DNA of 64,000 nt, taken from Denitrobaculum sp. GTDB taxonomy: Bacteria > Pseudomonadota > Alphaproteobacteria > Kiloniellales > Kiloniellaceae. Below are positions 1 to 9,984 of this stretch, one piece after another (the stretch's first letter is position 1; each line of letters opens with the position of its first letter). A program made the translations under genes and the position numbers. The notes beneath the pieces were generated by a model that did not search any database, was not told the DNA's origin, and saw only the letters and a list, made by a program, of their open reading frames with translations. Where the stretch lies: contig CBDDPL010000004.1 of the NCBI GenBank assembly GCA_965232285.1, forward strand, positions 1,623,893 through 1,687,892, in the 5' to 3' direction.

Positions 1-1
1 G

Positions 2-673
2 GTGATCGCGACCATCCAGATGGGCATTCCCATCGCGCGGATCGAATTGCTCGACAAGCTGCAGGTTCAGGCCTGCAACGGTTACTCCGGGCTGGGGCTG
101 GCTGAGCAGCCGACCCTGTTCCTGGAGTTCCACGGTACGACCGCCGGCGCGACTGAACAGGCGCAGTTGGTGGGCGAGATCGCGGGCGAGTTCGGTGGCG
201 GTGACTTTCAGTGGACGGGACAGACGGAAGAGCGCAACAAGCTCTGGGAAGCACGCCATAACGCGGCCTATGCGGCCCAGTCCCTGCGTCCGGGCTGTCA
301 GCTCTGGGCGACCGATGTCTGCGTGCCCATTTCGCGCCTTGCGGACTGTATCATGGAGACCCAGGAAGACCTGGCGGAGAGTTACCTGACCGCGCCTCTC
401 GTGGGTCACGTCGGTGACGGCAATTTCCATCTTACCTTCCTGATCGATCCCGATAAGCCAGAGGAAATCGAAGAGGCGAACCGCATCAACGACCGGCTGG
501 TTATGCGGGCCCTGGCAATGGAAGGGACCTGTACCGGAGAACACGGCATCGGTAGTGGCAAGATGAAGTTCCTGCAGGCGGAGCACGGCGATGCCGTCGC
601 CGCCATGCGCACGCTGAAGCTCGCTTTCGATCCGCAGAACATTATGAACCCGGGCAAGGTTATCGCGCTCTGA
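2..673 (+). CDS. FAD-linked oxidase C-terminal fragment (GlcD / D-lactate dehydrogenase family); 5' end outside window
   Basis: ORF open at left edge. C-terminal blocks CTGEHGIGSGK and DPQNIMNPGKV are typical of the FAD-oxidase C domain. GC3-rich codons. Confidence 0.8.
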   Translation: MIATIQMGIPIARIELLDKLQVQACNGYSGLGLAEQPTLFLEFHGTTAGATEQAQLVGEIAGEFGGGDFQWTGQTEERNKLWEARHNAAYAAQSLRPGCQLWATDVCVPISRLADCIMETQEDLAESYLTAPLVGHVGDGNFHLTFLIDPDKPEEIEEANRINDRLVMRALAMEGTCTGEHGIGSGKMKFLQAEHGDAVAAMRTLKLAFDPQNIMNPGKVIAL

Positions 674-803
674 CCTGGCGCCTGACGCACTACAGCCTGC
701 CGCACTACAGATTGTAGCCGAAGCGCCGTTTCAGTCTCTTGGCGGCGCCTGTGCTATGTCTGTTCCCGTTTAAAGCGATCCGATCCCGGCGCATGAAATC
801 CTG

Positions 804-1355
804 TTGCCGGCAATCAATATCATACGTATACATATTTTGGCTAAACCGATCGAAGAGGGACCGGTGGGACTGCATAACCTCGAAAGCGACGGCTTTTTCG
901 ATATCGTCAATGAATTCTCGGAGCAGGTCGACCTGTCCCAGGCGCACGGCTGGCTGGACAATCTGCTGTCGCAATACGGCTCGCTTCCCAATGCACCCTG
1001 GTCGACGCAGGCCGAGCTGCTGGCGCATATGCTGTCGGCGGTGCGAGGGCTGCGCTTCTCCTTTGCCCGGCGCAATGCCATGCGCAAGCTGGAGGCGCTG
1101 AACCGGGTCATCGAACTCCACGCCGACCGTCGCCTGGGGATCTACATCGAGTATGTCGATATGGACAGCGTGGAACAGACCCTGAGTCGCTACACGGTCT
1201 GGAAGGGAACCCTGTTTGAAGTCCAGCTCGACCGAAACGTGGTCTGCTGGCATCCGGACAAGGAGTTTCTGCCGAAGGCGACCGGCCGAATCTATCGCAC
1301 GAAATACAGTGAATTGGGTAAGCGCCAGCGCATGCGCGATACCCGGCCCGGCTAA
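804..1355 (+). CDS. hypothetical protein
   Basis: 183-aa ORF with balanced composition and GC3-rich codons. The overlapping antisense ORF 705..1253 is R/Q-rich and judged a shadow. Start codon uncertain. Confidence 0.45.
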   Translation: MPAINIIRIHILAKPIEEGPVGLHNLESDGFFDIVNEFSEQVDLSQAHGWLDNLLSQYGSLPNAPWSTQAELLAHMLSAVRGLRFSFARRNAMRKLEALNRVIELHADRRLGIYIEYVDMDSVEQTLSRYTVWKGTLFEVQLDRNVVCWHPDKEFLPKATGRIYRTKYSELGKRQRMRDTRPG

Positions 1356-1406
1356 GTCATCGCGACTGCCGGGTCCGGATGCGGCCTTTCGGCATTCTGC
1401 AGGAGC

Positions 1407-1838
1407 TTACTTGACGTTAAAGATCGCCTGCTGGGTTTCTCCGGTGGTGCCCGGAATGCGAAGAACGAAGGTGCCCGGGCGGATCGTGACAAAGGAAATT
1501 TCGGCGCTGCCCTCGTCGTCGAACTCCAGGCTGTCAATACCAAGTGGACGGATTTCGATGTCGTTGATCACCACTTCGTTGACCCAGACGTTGCGGAAGA
1601 ATTCGGGACCACTGATGGCAATTTCCGCAGAGCCGTCCGCAATGAACTCAAGTGAGTAATACTGGCCCGACTCCAGCTCGTAGGGTGCTGCGGCCAGTGG
1701 TTTACCTGACGCCAGAGTGATCGGTGGCAGTTCCTTCTCCTTGCCAAGCAGGCCCGAGAAACCAAGGTCGTGGGCGCCTGAAACGGCCGGCGTAAGGATG
1801 AGACCGGCGAGTGCAAGGCCGAAAACTGCATGTTTCAT
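1407..1838 (-). CDS. secreted protein of unknown function
   Basis: N-terminal signal peptide MKHAVFGLALAGLILTPAVSGA followed by a beta-rich 120-aa domain. No family recognised. Confidence 0.7.
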   Translation of the reverse strand: MKHAVFGLALAGLILTPAVSGAHDLGFSGLLGKEKELPPITLASGKPLAAAPYELESGQYYSLEFIADGSAEIAISGPEFFRNVWVNEVVINDIEIRPLGIDSLEFDDEGSAEISFVTIRPGTFVLRIPGTTGETQQAIFNVK

Positions 1839-2034
1839 TGAGGCAAACTCCCGTCAGATTGATTGTTGTTTTGCGCCACGGTTCTTTATCGAGGACCGGC
1901 CGCCGGCTTGCGTCCCGCGTAGTCCCAAGCCCGTTGTGCCGGCGAGTCTGGGTGCCGAGGGGATATCTGTCTATTGTCAATAGGTTGTATGCCGCGGCTA
2001 GCCACTTGGCCAAAAGCTCGACTGCGATGCCTGC

Positions 2035-2769
2035 TCAGAGCAACCCCAGTCCCCGGAAACTACTTTCGCCCGCGCGGGTGACGATCAGGTGATCGTGCAG
2101 CTCGATGCCCATGCGGCCCGCGGTCTCGCGGATTTCCCGGGTCATGGCGATATCGCCGCTGGAGGGTGTGGCGTCGCCGGAAGGATGATTGTGCACCAGG
2201 ATCAGCGCACTGGCGGAAAGCTCGAGAGCGCGTTTGACGATTTCGCGGGGGTAGACCGGCGTATGATCGACTGTACCGCGCTGCTGTTCCTCGTCGGCGA
2301 TCAGTCGGTTCTTGCGGTCGAGGAAGAGAACGCGGAACTGCTCGATCGCCGAGCGCCCCATGATCATGCGGCAATAGCCGACCAGTGCGTTCCAGGACCC
2401 GATCACCGGCTGGTCGAGGATGTCTTCCCGGACCATGCGGTTGGCCGCTTCGGGCACCAGCGCAAGCACCGCAATGGAAGCATCGCCCATACCCGGAACC
2501 TGTTTCAGGTCGTGCGGTGTGGCGGAAAGCACGCCGGCCAGGCTCCCGAAGCGCGCGATCAGCTCCTTTGCGAGCGGTTTGGTGTCGCCGCGCGGCTTGG
2601 CTCCGAACAGGAGGAATTCGATGATTTCGTAGTCGCTCAGGGCGGATGCGCCCTGTTCCAGGATCCTCTGGCGCAGGCGTTCGCGGTGGCCGTGATAGTG
2701 CGGCTTGGATGCCGTGGGCTTTTCCGCGCTGCGGCCCGCCGCCTCATCCATTTGCCGCCGATCCCCCAA
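2035..2769 (-). CDS. radC: RadC-family JAB/MPN domain protein
   Basis: N-terminal HYHGHRERLRQR...DYEIIEFLLF region and C-terminal HNHPSGDATPS JAB motif. Confidence 0.9.
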   Translation of the reverse strand: MGDRRQMDEAAGRSAEKPTASKPHYHGHRERLRQRILEQGASALSDYEIIEFLLFGAKPRGDTKPLAKELIARFGSLAGVLSATPHDLKQVPGMGDASIAVLALVPEAANRMVREDILDQPVIGSWNALVGYCRMIMGRSAIEQFRVLFLDRKNRLIADEEQQRGTVDHTPVYPREIVKRALELSASALILVHNHPSGDATPSSGDIAMTREIRETAGRMGIELHDHLIVTRAGESSFRGLGLL

Positions 2770-2802
2770 AGCGCGACGCCGTCCTCTCCTTGGTGGCCTC
2801 TA

Positions 2803-3645
2803 TCAGTCCTCGAAAGGCGGAGCTGTCCAGCCTTTCGGTGACTTCGTGAAGATCTCATAGCCGTCCGCCGTCACGCCGAGCGAATGCTCGAACTGGGCGG
2901 AGAGGGAGCGGTCGTTGGTGACCGCCGTCCAGCCGTCCTTGAGGATCTTCACGTCGAGCCGGCCCGCGTTGATCATGGGCTCGATGGTGAAGAACATGCC
3001 TTCGCGCAGCCGGGTTCCGGTGCCGGGCCGGCCGTAGTGCAGCACCGACGGGGCTTCGTGGAAAACGCGGCCGAGACCGTGGCCGCAGAAGTCGCGGACC
3101 ACCGAGAAGCGGTTCTTTTCGGCGTAACTCTGAATGGCGTATCCGATGTCGCCTAATGTGGCGCCGGGCCGTACTACCTCGATCCCGCGCATCAGGCACT
3201 CATAGGTGACCTCTACCAGACGCTTGGCCTTGATGCTTGGTTTGCCGACGCAGAACATCCGGCTGGTATCGCCGTGCCAGCCGTCCAGGATGACGGTAAC
3301 GTCGATGTTGACGATGTCACCGTTGTGCAGCTTCTTGTCCGGGCTGGGAATGCCGTGACAGACCACGTGATTGACCGAGGTGCAGATCGACTTCGGAAAA
3401 CCGCGATAGTTCAGGGGCGCCGGAACCGCATTGTGTTCGAGGATGTAGTCATGGCACAGCTTGTCCAGGGCTTCCGTGGTGACACCCGGAACGACATGCG
3501 GTGTGATGAAGTCGAGCGTTTCCGCGGCCAGGCGGCCGGCTTTACGCATACCCTCGAAATCGGCGGCATCGTGGATCGTGATCCGCCGCTCCTCGGCACT
3601 CAAGGGGGGCGTTAGCTCGTCAGCGTCGGCTTGGCCGTATTGCAT
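2803..3645 (-). CDS. map: type I methionine aminopeptidase
   Basis: Metal-ligand blocks VCHGIP, GDIVNIDVT, DGWHGDTSRMF, CGHGLG and FTIEPM in canonical order. Confidence 0.95.
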   Translation of the reverse strand: MQYGQADADELTPPLSAEERRITIHDAADFEGMRKAGRLAAETLDFITPHVVPGVTTEALDKLCHDYILEHNAVPAPLNYRGFPKSICTSVNHVVCHGIPSPDKKLHNGDIVNIDVTVILDGWHGDTSRMFCVGKPSIKAKRLVEVTYECLMRGIEVVRPGATLGDIGYAIQSYAEKNRFSVVRDFCGHGLGRVFHEAPSVLHYGRPGTGTRLREGMFFTIEPMINAGRLDVKILKDGWTAVTNDRSLSAQFEHSLGVTADGYEIFTKSPKGWTAPPFED

Positions 3646-3826
3646 CTCTTTCGTCCTGCGGTTCCTTCTCGCGCGGGTCGTATATCTGCGCGAACTCTTT
3701 CAGACCTGTTACAGCCCGTTATATAGGCAGAAGTCTTAAACTTCCAGGAAGCGATCTCTTTTTCGCCTGTTACTCACGCTGCTCCCTTGTGGGAGACATC
3801 ATTGGTAAACCGGGCTCTCAGAATCA

Positions 3827-4552
3827 TTAAATGCGCAGGGGCAGGGCACGGTTCAAGACGATCTCCTCGGGACCGACCTTACAGTCGTAGCAGATGACCT
3901 CGACGCTGCGTTCGAGGGCACGGCGCAAGCCGGCCTCGTAGTTGGGATCAATATCGCCGGCGATTGTAACGCAGTGACTGTCAGCGCGCTGGACCAGAAA
4001 GAACATCACGGCACGGTGGCCCGCCTCCACTGCGTCGCCCAGTTCCTCCAGGTGCTTGGCGCCGCGGCTGGTCACGGAATCCGGAAACTCCGCCGCCTCC
4101 TCTCCGCGCTTCAGGGTGACGTTCTTGACCTCAACGTAGCAGGGAGGGGAGGGCGCTTCCGATGGGCCGCCGCTCGGACGGCCATCCAGCAGGATGTCGA
4201 TGCGGGAGTTCTTGCCGTAGCGCACCTCGCGTTTGAGTTCCGCATAGCCCGAGAGTTCGGGAACCTGCCCGGCGGTGATGGCCTCGGCGACGATGCCGTT
4301 CGGGTGCCCGGTGTTGATGCCAACGGGCTCGCCCGCAGCCGTCGCAATCTCCCAGGAGTATTTCAGCTTGCGTTTGGGATTGCGCGAAGGTGACAGCCAG
4401 ACCCGGGATCCGCCCTCCACGAGCCCCATCATGGAGCCCGGATTGGCGCAATGCGCGGTGACGATCTCGCCGCCTTCCAACTCCACGTCCGAGAGAAAGC
4501 GCTTGTAGCGCTTGATCAGGCGGCCGGGAATGAGCGGGTCCGGAAACTTCAT
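3827..4552 (-). CDS. sfsA: sugar fermentation stimulation protein SfsA
   Basis: N-terminus GRLIKRYKRFLSDVEL...TAHCANPGSM and central YVEVKNVTL block are typical of the SfsA family. Confidence 0.9.
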   Translation of the reverse strand: MKFPDPLIPGRLIKRYKRFLSDVELEGGEIVTAHCANPGSMMGLVEGGSRVWLSPSRNPKRKLKYSWEIATAAGEPVGINTGHPNGIVAEAITAGQVPELSGYAELKREVRYGKNSRIDILLDGRPSGGPSEAPSPPCYVEVKNVTLKRGEEAAEFPDSVTSRGAKHLEELGDAVEAGHRAVMFFLVQRADSHCVTIAGDIDPNYEAGLRRALERSVEVICYDCKVGPEEIVLNRALPLRI

Positions 4553-4805
4553 GGCGGAAACTCACGATTGCGGGGAAACGGAAGTGTCTCTACTGCGGCG
4601 CGGAAAAATAAATCCCACGGGCTGTAACCCGGTGCGATGGGGTATTTTCCTTATTCTCTGGTGATTTACAGGAAAAATCTGTGATGAGATAGAGTCTTAA
4701 GTTTTGTGAGATATATGTGGGGTGGCTTGCTTCGTGCCCGCGAAGTGCCCAACTTACTTTAATACGCCCTGTTTCTACCCGATTCGCCGACACCCTACCT
4801 TAAGA

Positions 4806-5363
4806 ATGAGTGCCCAAATGGCCCGCACCACTTCGCTTTTCCCCGCTCTGCCCGTGATGCTTGTTGTCGCGTTTGGGCTGGCGGCCTGTTCATCATTTCA
4901 GGAACAGTCCTATAAGCGGCCAGCCGCGCCGGCCTCGACCCTTACGTCCCCGCCTGGCGATGCCGGAAACGCGTCTGATGCCGCGACGTCTGGGCAGCGC
5001 CTGACGGTGCCTTCGACCTCGGGCACCTATCCTTACGGCACCGCGACGGAGGCGACAGAAGGCGCATCGGCCGATAGGGGCGAGTCCTACGTCCGGGGAC
5101 CGGACGGCTCAGTCTGGAAAGGCGCGCCGCGGGACACCGAAGCGCACAACGCCGATATCGAGGCCTGTTACCGCTATGCCGCCGCGCAGACGGCGAATGA
5201 CGCGCGGATCGAGCAGGATCGCCGTGCGGTCTATGGCGACGGCTTTAGCGATACCCAGAGCGTCGGGCTGCTGAATTCGAAGATCCGCAGCTATGACCAC
5301 GAGACCCGGCGGCGGTCCCTCTTTTCCAGTTGCATGCGCTCGAAGGGTTACGCAGCCCGCTGA
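4806..5363 (+). CDS. lipoprotein of unknown function
   Basis: Start moved to ATG 4806 inside ORF 4722..5363. Signal peptide with lipobox GLAAC. Low-complexity linker, then a Cys-containing C-terminal domain. Confidence 0.65.
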   Translation: MSAQMARTTSLFPALPVMLVVAFGLAACSSFQEQSYKRPAAPASTLTSPPGDAGNASDAATSGQRLTVPSTSGTYPYGTATEATEGASADRGESYVRGPDGSVWKGAPRDTEAHNADIEACYRYAAAQTANDARIEQDRRAVYGDGFSDTQSVGLLNSKIRSYDHETRRRSLFSSCMRSKGYAAR

Positions 5364-5485
5364 AGCCTTTCCCAGAGCCTTTCTCCAAGCCTTTGCCCTT
5401 GGCGCCCGGCGGCCGCGGTCTGTAAGATCGAAGCCGCCGTCGGCCTGACGGCGCAATCTCTCAATCGCCAAAGGGTCTCGCCTCT

Positions 5486-6247
5486 ATGTCGGCCGAGTCA
5501 GATCTCAATTCCAGCGTCACCGCCTGCCTTCTCATCATCGGTAACGAGATACTCTCGGGCCGGACGAAAGACGCAAACCTCGCGTTCCTGGGCGAAAAGC
5601 TGAATGAAGCCGGCGTACGCCTGATGGAGGCGCGAGTCGTTCCGGATATCGAGGACGTCATCGTCGAAACTCTGAACGGGGTGCGCGGCCGCTTCGACTA
5701 CGTCTTCACGACCGGCGGCATCGGACCGACCCATGACGACATCACTTCGGCTTGCGTGGCCAAAGCCTTCGGCGTCGCCTGGAGCCTGCACCCCGAGGCC
5801 CATGCCTTGCTCAAGGCCCACTATGCGGAGGGCGAGCTCAACGAGGCACGCCTGCGCATGGCGCATACGCCCGAGGGCGCTTCTCTGATCGAAAATCCGA
5901 TCAGCAAGGCGCCGGGGTTTCAGATGGGCAACGTCTTCGTCATGGCGGGCATCCCCAAGGTCATGCAGGCGATGTTCGAAAGCCTCAAGCCGCGTCTGAC
6001 CGGCGGCGCCCCGGTGCGAAGCGTGACCCTGGCGGTTTCCCTTCCCGAGGGCGTCATTGCCGCGGGCCTTGGAGCGGCCCAGGAGCAGTATCCGGATGTG
6101 GAGATGGGCAGCTATCCCTATCGCACTGGTGACCGCTTCGGCGTGCGCCTTGTCTTGCGATCCGTCGATGTTGCGCGTCTTGAAGCGGCCGTCGAGAAGG
6201 TTTCGGCTCAGGTTCGCGAACTGGGGGACGAGCCCCGGCGCGAGTAG
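5486..6247 (+). CDS. molybdopterin-binding (CinA N-terminal / MoCF_biosynth type) domain protein
   Basis: LLIIGNEILSGRTKDANLAFLG and TTGGIGPTHDDIT motifs. Confidence 0.8.
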   Translation: MSAESDLNSSVTACLLIIGNEILSGRTKDANLAFLGEKLNEAGVRLMEARVVPDIEDVIVETLNGVRGRFDYVFTTGGIGPTHDDITSACVAKAFGVAWSLHPEAHALLKAHYAEGELNEARLRMAHTPEGASLIENPISKAPGFQMGNVFVMAGIPKVMQAMFESLKPRLTGGAPVRSVTLAVSLPEGVIAAGLGAAQEQYPDVEMGSYPYRTGDRFGVRLVLRSVDVARLEAAVEKVSAQVRELGDEPRRE

Positions 6248-6286
6248 CGGCCCGCCGGGATTACCTGCTCGACTTACCCGCCCGGC

Positions 6287-6646
6287 TTACTCAAAAATCG
6301 ACAGCTTCAGGGGCATCTGCGTGCCCAGCCAGATGGCATGGTCCCTGTGGTCCGCCAGATGATCGCCCGTCTCTGTATGGGTGAAGATGGTCAGGCCGTC
6401 CCGGTTGAGTGCGAGCCAGGGCAGGATCTCACCCAGAAGCTCAGCGCTGTAGGCGACCTGGTAGCTGCCGGTCGGATGAGGACCGATCGGGTTGTCGTGC
6501 CAGCGTCCCATCTCGACGGTAAAACGCGCCTCGATCGCTTCGCGTAAATCCGCGGCGCGCGCCTTCGAGCCGGCGTCGTAGTAGACGTGCGAGTGATAGC
6601 CCGTGATTGACGAAATGCTCTTAGTTTTCTGGTCGTTATCGTTCAT
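6287..6646 (-). CDS. DOPA 4,5-dioxygenase (DODA, COG3805) family protein
   Basis: 119 aa. YHSHVYYD ... GPHP pattern recalled from this small family; call from memory of family motifs only. Confidence 0.6.
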   Translation of the reverse strand: MNDNDQKTKSISSITGYHSHVYYDAGSKARAADLREAIEARFTVEMGRWHDNPIGPHPTGSYQVAYSAELLGEILPWLALNRDGLTIFTHTETGDHLADHRDHAIWLGTQMPLKLSIFE

Positions 6647-6723
6647 TTTTCAGTTGATTCCTTTGGGCGGATCCACCGGCCTTTAACCCCTTGGCAAGAT
6701 CCGGCGCGTAGGCTTGAGATGTT

Positions 6724-6986
6724 ATACCAAGGGTCGACAATATTGCACCGCAGGGACAGTTTTCTGAGGTTTTCGGCCAGGAACGCGGGGCGAAGCGATG
6801 CGGTGCATCGGAAGCCGCGCGTGACGCAGTCCGAAAGCCTCAGAAAACTGCCGTTCCGGTTGTCTACAGGGACCTTCGGAGGGCGTCGAAAAGCCTAACC
6901 GATGTGCCGCATCGCCTGCGGCTCTTCTCCTACCCGAAGGTCCCTGGAGACAATCCCTGCGGTGCAATATTGTCGACCCTTGGTAT
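6724..6986 (+). repeat. 263-bp structured element with perfect 33-bp terminal inverted repeats enclosing two ~20-bp hairpins (MITE/RIME-like element or structured ncRNA)
   Basis: 6724-6756 is the exact reverse complement of 6954-6986. Stem A is 6757-6776/6831-6850 (20 bp, one G-U). Stem B is 6861-6879/6934-6952 (19 bp, one A-G). The 54-nt loops carry 17-nt complementary segments 6795-6811/6899-6915. Intergenic between DODA and PilZ genes. Confidence 0.75.
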
Positions 6987-7062
6987 TGGCAAGGATTTTC
7001 CACCGGAAGTGACGTCACTCCGGGCAACAGCTTTCTATATAGATACGGCAGATCGCAGATTC

Positions 7063-7392
7063 ATGACCAGAAAGACCAATCTCGGGCAAAAGGACGAACG
7101 GCGGCGGTTTCCGCGTGTGAGCACGTCGCTGTCTGTGAACCTCCAGGTCGAAGATGGTGAGCGCGTCACCTGCAGGGTGCTGGATGCTTCGGTCAGCGGC
7201 GTGAAGGTGACGGGAGACAAGGCTTTGCCGATTGGTTCCGACGTCACCTTGATTATGCCCGGATCCGTCCACTTCGGCGGCCGGATTGTGCGGCATCAGG
7301 GTGATACCATGGGGATCGAGTTTGCGCTGGCGCCGGAACGGGTTGCTGAAATGATCACCGACCTTCTGCCAGGCCTGCAGGCCATGCGGTAA
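7063..7392 (+). CDS. PilZ domain protein
   Basis: RRFPRV...DASVSGVKV...G motif set (RxxxR and D/NxSxxG) of c-di-GMP-binding PilZ domains. Start moved to ATG 7063 so that the CDS does not cross the inverted-repeat element. Confidence 0.8.
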   Translation: MTRKTNLGQKDERRRFPRVSTSLSVNLQVEDGERVTCRVLDASVSGVKVTGDKALPIGSDVTLIMPGSVHFGGRIVRHQGDTMGIEFALAPERVAEMITDLLPGLQAMR

Positions 7393-7463
7393 AGCGGGCG
7401 CTCATCCTACAAACGCACGATGTTCCTGTACCCGATGTTCCTGCAAAGGCTTGAGTCGGAAAA

Positions 7464-7497
7464 CGGGAGCCTACCAGATGGCGGCTCCCGCTTTTTC
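7464..7497 (+). terminator. rho-independent terminator after PilZ gene
   Basis: 8-bp GC stem CGGGAGCC/GGCTCCCG (7464-7471 / 7483-7490) followed by CTTTTT. Confidence 0.55.
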
Positions 7498-7908
7498 GCT
7501 TCTTGTTCCCGAGGTAAAGCCGTGCCAGTGATTTGCACTTTCAACTCAGCTTAACTTCGAATTCCGAACCCGGCCTTGAGCCTGACGCGCAACTCAATGT
7601 TGCACTGAGTGAATTGGACGACAGTCCTCCAGGAGTCGCCGCACAGGCACTGCGGCGGCTATTTCGTCACCGGTTTTCCAGTAACGCAGGGCAGTATACT
7701 GCGCTTTTTCCGGCTTCTTTGTCAATATACTTAAGATTGTAGAGGTCGTTGTTTACAATTTTTGGTAACCATTTTGTCATATTTCCCCGCGCGGATTGAT
7801 TGAAGAGAGCGGATGAAAGGGCCTGTTCCGGCTGGGCGAAGAGGTGCTAAAAACACAACCACCAAGATAACACAGAGCAAAATCTGTCAGGATGTGGTAG
7901 GGTTAACC

Positions 7909-8175
7909 ATGCTGACCTTGAATGAACTCGCAATTCATAAAGCCCGGCTCCTGAGGGGCGAGGGCGAACACGATGAAGCCAGGATCGCGGAGCTGGACCG
8001 CCTGATTATCGGACAGCATGCGGTTAATCTCGATGACGCGATCATAAAGCTCGAACTGGCGCGCGAGATGGCGCATACGCTCGATCATTCGGTGGATCGC
8101 GATTACAGAGAAATCGAGGAACTCGCGGAAATCGTTACCCTCATCGACGATGTCCTGCGCGTCTTGCGGCATTAA
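7909..8175 (+). CDS. small hypothetical protein (88 aa, helical)
   Basis: ATG 7909 inside ORF 7813..8175. Charged helical sequence, no recognised family. Confidence 0.4.
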   Translation: MLTLNELAIHKARLLRGEGEHDEARIAELDRLIIGQHAVNLDDAIIKLELAREMAHTLDHSVDRDYREIEELAEIVTLIDDVLRVLRH

Positions 8176-8314
8176 GGCTCAGTTTTTCTTTTAAATCAGT
8201 GCTTTGAGCTCGTTTTCTGAAGCCGGGTCTGGCTTTCTCACCGACAGCTTTACACGCTACCGCGAAGCTTTCACCATGGGACGTTGCTGAAGGCCCCTGG
8301 AGGGAGTGTCCTGT

Positions 8315-9022
8315 ATGAAGCTGGTTATCTTCGATGTCGACGACACCCTGGTGCGCAGCGGTTCCTATGAAGACGCGCTGTTCTGGCAGGCACTCACGGA
8401 GGTGCTGGGACTGGAGCGGGAGGTTTTCGACTGGGCCAACTTTACCCACATCACGGACAGCGGCATCACACGAGAGGTCTATCGCCGACAGTTGGCGCGC
8501 GATCCAGACGCGGACGCGCTGGCTGCTACGGAGCGCCACTTCGCCGGCTTGTGGCGCGATGTCTTGTCCGATGTGTCGCAGGAAGACGCGGAGGTTCCCG
8601 GCGCGCGTGCGCTGATGAATAGCCTCCTGGAGCATCCGCAGTGGCAGGTTGCGTTGGCGACCGGCGCCTGGGGGCATCCCGCGCGGGAGAAGCTGGCAGC
8701 CGCGGAAATCCCGCACGGGGATTTCTCTCTGGGCTGCGCCAACGATGCCGTCGCAAGAGAGGACATCATTGCCATTGCCTGGAAGCGGGCGCTCAAAGCG
8801 GCTGCTATCGAGGAGTTCGAGCGTGTCGTCTATGTCGGAGACGGTGCCTGGGATGTGAAGACCTGCATCAATCTCGATCTTCCCCTGGTCGGCATGGCCG
8901 TGAGGGAAGAGACCCACGTGCGACTGCGGTCGCTCGGCGTCAGCCACATCCTGAGAGACTATAAGGACACCGTGGCGGTTCTCGACGCACTGGAGGCCGC
9001 CACGCCGCCCGCCGGCGCCTGA
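8315..9022 (+). CDS. HAD-superfamily hydrolase
   Basis: Motif I KLVIFDVDDTLV at the N-terminus and YVGDGAWD motif IV near the C-terminus. Confidence 0.8.
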   Translation: MKLVIFDVDDTLVRSGSYEDALFWQALTEVLGLEREVFDWANFTHITDSGITREVYRRQLARDPDADALAATERHFAGLWRDVLSDVSQEDAEVPGARALMNSLLEHPQWQVALATGAWGHPAREKLAAAEIPHGDFSLGCANDAVAREDIIAIAWKRALKAAAIEEFERVVYVGDGAWDVKTCINLDLPLVGMAVREETHVRLRSLGVSHILRDYKDTVAVLDALEAATPPAGA

Positions 9023-9429
9023 AAGCTTTCACGAGGCCGTGAGATCGGCGGTGAGTGAGCGCTCAAGCGCGCCAGTGACCTTGCATCGGTCTAGTTAAAG
9101 GCCATCTATGGCAAACGGATCAAAAGACTTCGATCGGTTTTCGCTACGGATCGCATAAGAATGACGAGCCCGGGCGAGCTTTCGATGGGTGAACGGTAAA
9201 TAGAACAGAGGGTCCGAGACAGAATTCGCTGATCAGCTTTATTAACTGTTCTGCGCTTTGTTTCGGGGATTATGGCATCCTTTCGGCGTAAAACCGGACA
9301 AAAGGTGCTTTGGGTCTTCGTCTTGCTGAACAGTTGGCAAGCGAGCGCCCGGTCTGCCGTCAGAATTTAATTCTGTTTGGGGCCCAGCGGTTCTTCGTTA
9401 CTCTTGCTCTTCGTCAACACAGAAAACCG

Positions 9430-9984
9430 ATGACTATTCAGTACGAAATGACCGAAGCCGATCACAACCCGGTGAAGGCGGGCTTACCCGACATCCTCTC
9501 CCGGCTCTGGCGCTTTGCCATGGTCTTGTCGCATAATGAAGAGACGGCCGGCGATCTGGTGCAGGCGACCTGCCTGCGCGCTTTGCAGCGCTGCGAACAG
9601 TTCAAGGCGGGAACGCATCTCGACCGCTGGACTTTTTCGATTATGGCCTCACTTTGGAAGAATGAGCTGCGCGCGGAACGGATCCGGCGCGGCGGCGGTT
9701 TCGTCGATGCGGAAGAGGTTCTGGTCACTGACGGCGCGGAAAAAATAGAAACGAATATTTTGCTAAGTCAGGTGTTGACTGAGATACAGGCCTTACCCGA
9801 AGCGCAGAGAAGTACCGTGTTGCTGGTTTACGTGGAGGGGATGACCTACGCCGAAGCGGCGGAAACCCTTGAAGTGCCGATTGGTACCATCATGAGCAGG
9901 CTGGCGGCGGCCAGGCTCAAACTGGCTGCACTGAAACGCGCGGCCGACGGTGGATCCAAGCGGCGGGTGAAGACAGGACAATGA
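9430..9984 (+). CDS. ECF-type RNA polymerase sigma-70 factor
   Basis: Region 2 (AGDLVQATCLRALQ...FKAG..LDRW) and region 4 (LPEAQRSTVLLVYVEGMTYAEAAETLEVPIGTIMSRL). Start moved to ATG 9430. Confidence 0.9.
   Translation: MTIQYEMTEADHNPVKAGLPDILSRLWRFAMVLSHNEETAGDLVQATCLRALQRCEQFKAGTHLDRWTFSIMASLWKNELRAERIRRGGGFVDAEEVLVTDGAEKIETNILLSQVLTEIQALPEAQRSTVLLVYVEGMTYAEAAETLEVPIGTIMSRLAAARLKLAALKRAADGGSKRRVKTGQ

Noticed and set aside
6722-7062. ORFs 6722..7027(-) and the 5' part of 6904..7392(+) that run through the inverted-repeat element.
   Set aside because: Both are created by the palindromic sequence itself: each arm reads open on both strands. The PilZ domain starts only after ATG 7063.
9300-9430. 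Possible autoregulated ECF promoter (GAAC ... GTCT) upstream of the sigma factor gene.
   Set aside because: The spacing between the GAAC and GTC elements is about 20 nt rather than the usual 16-17. Too weak to call without a transcription start.
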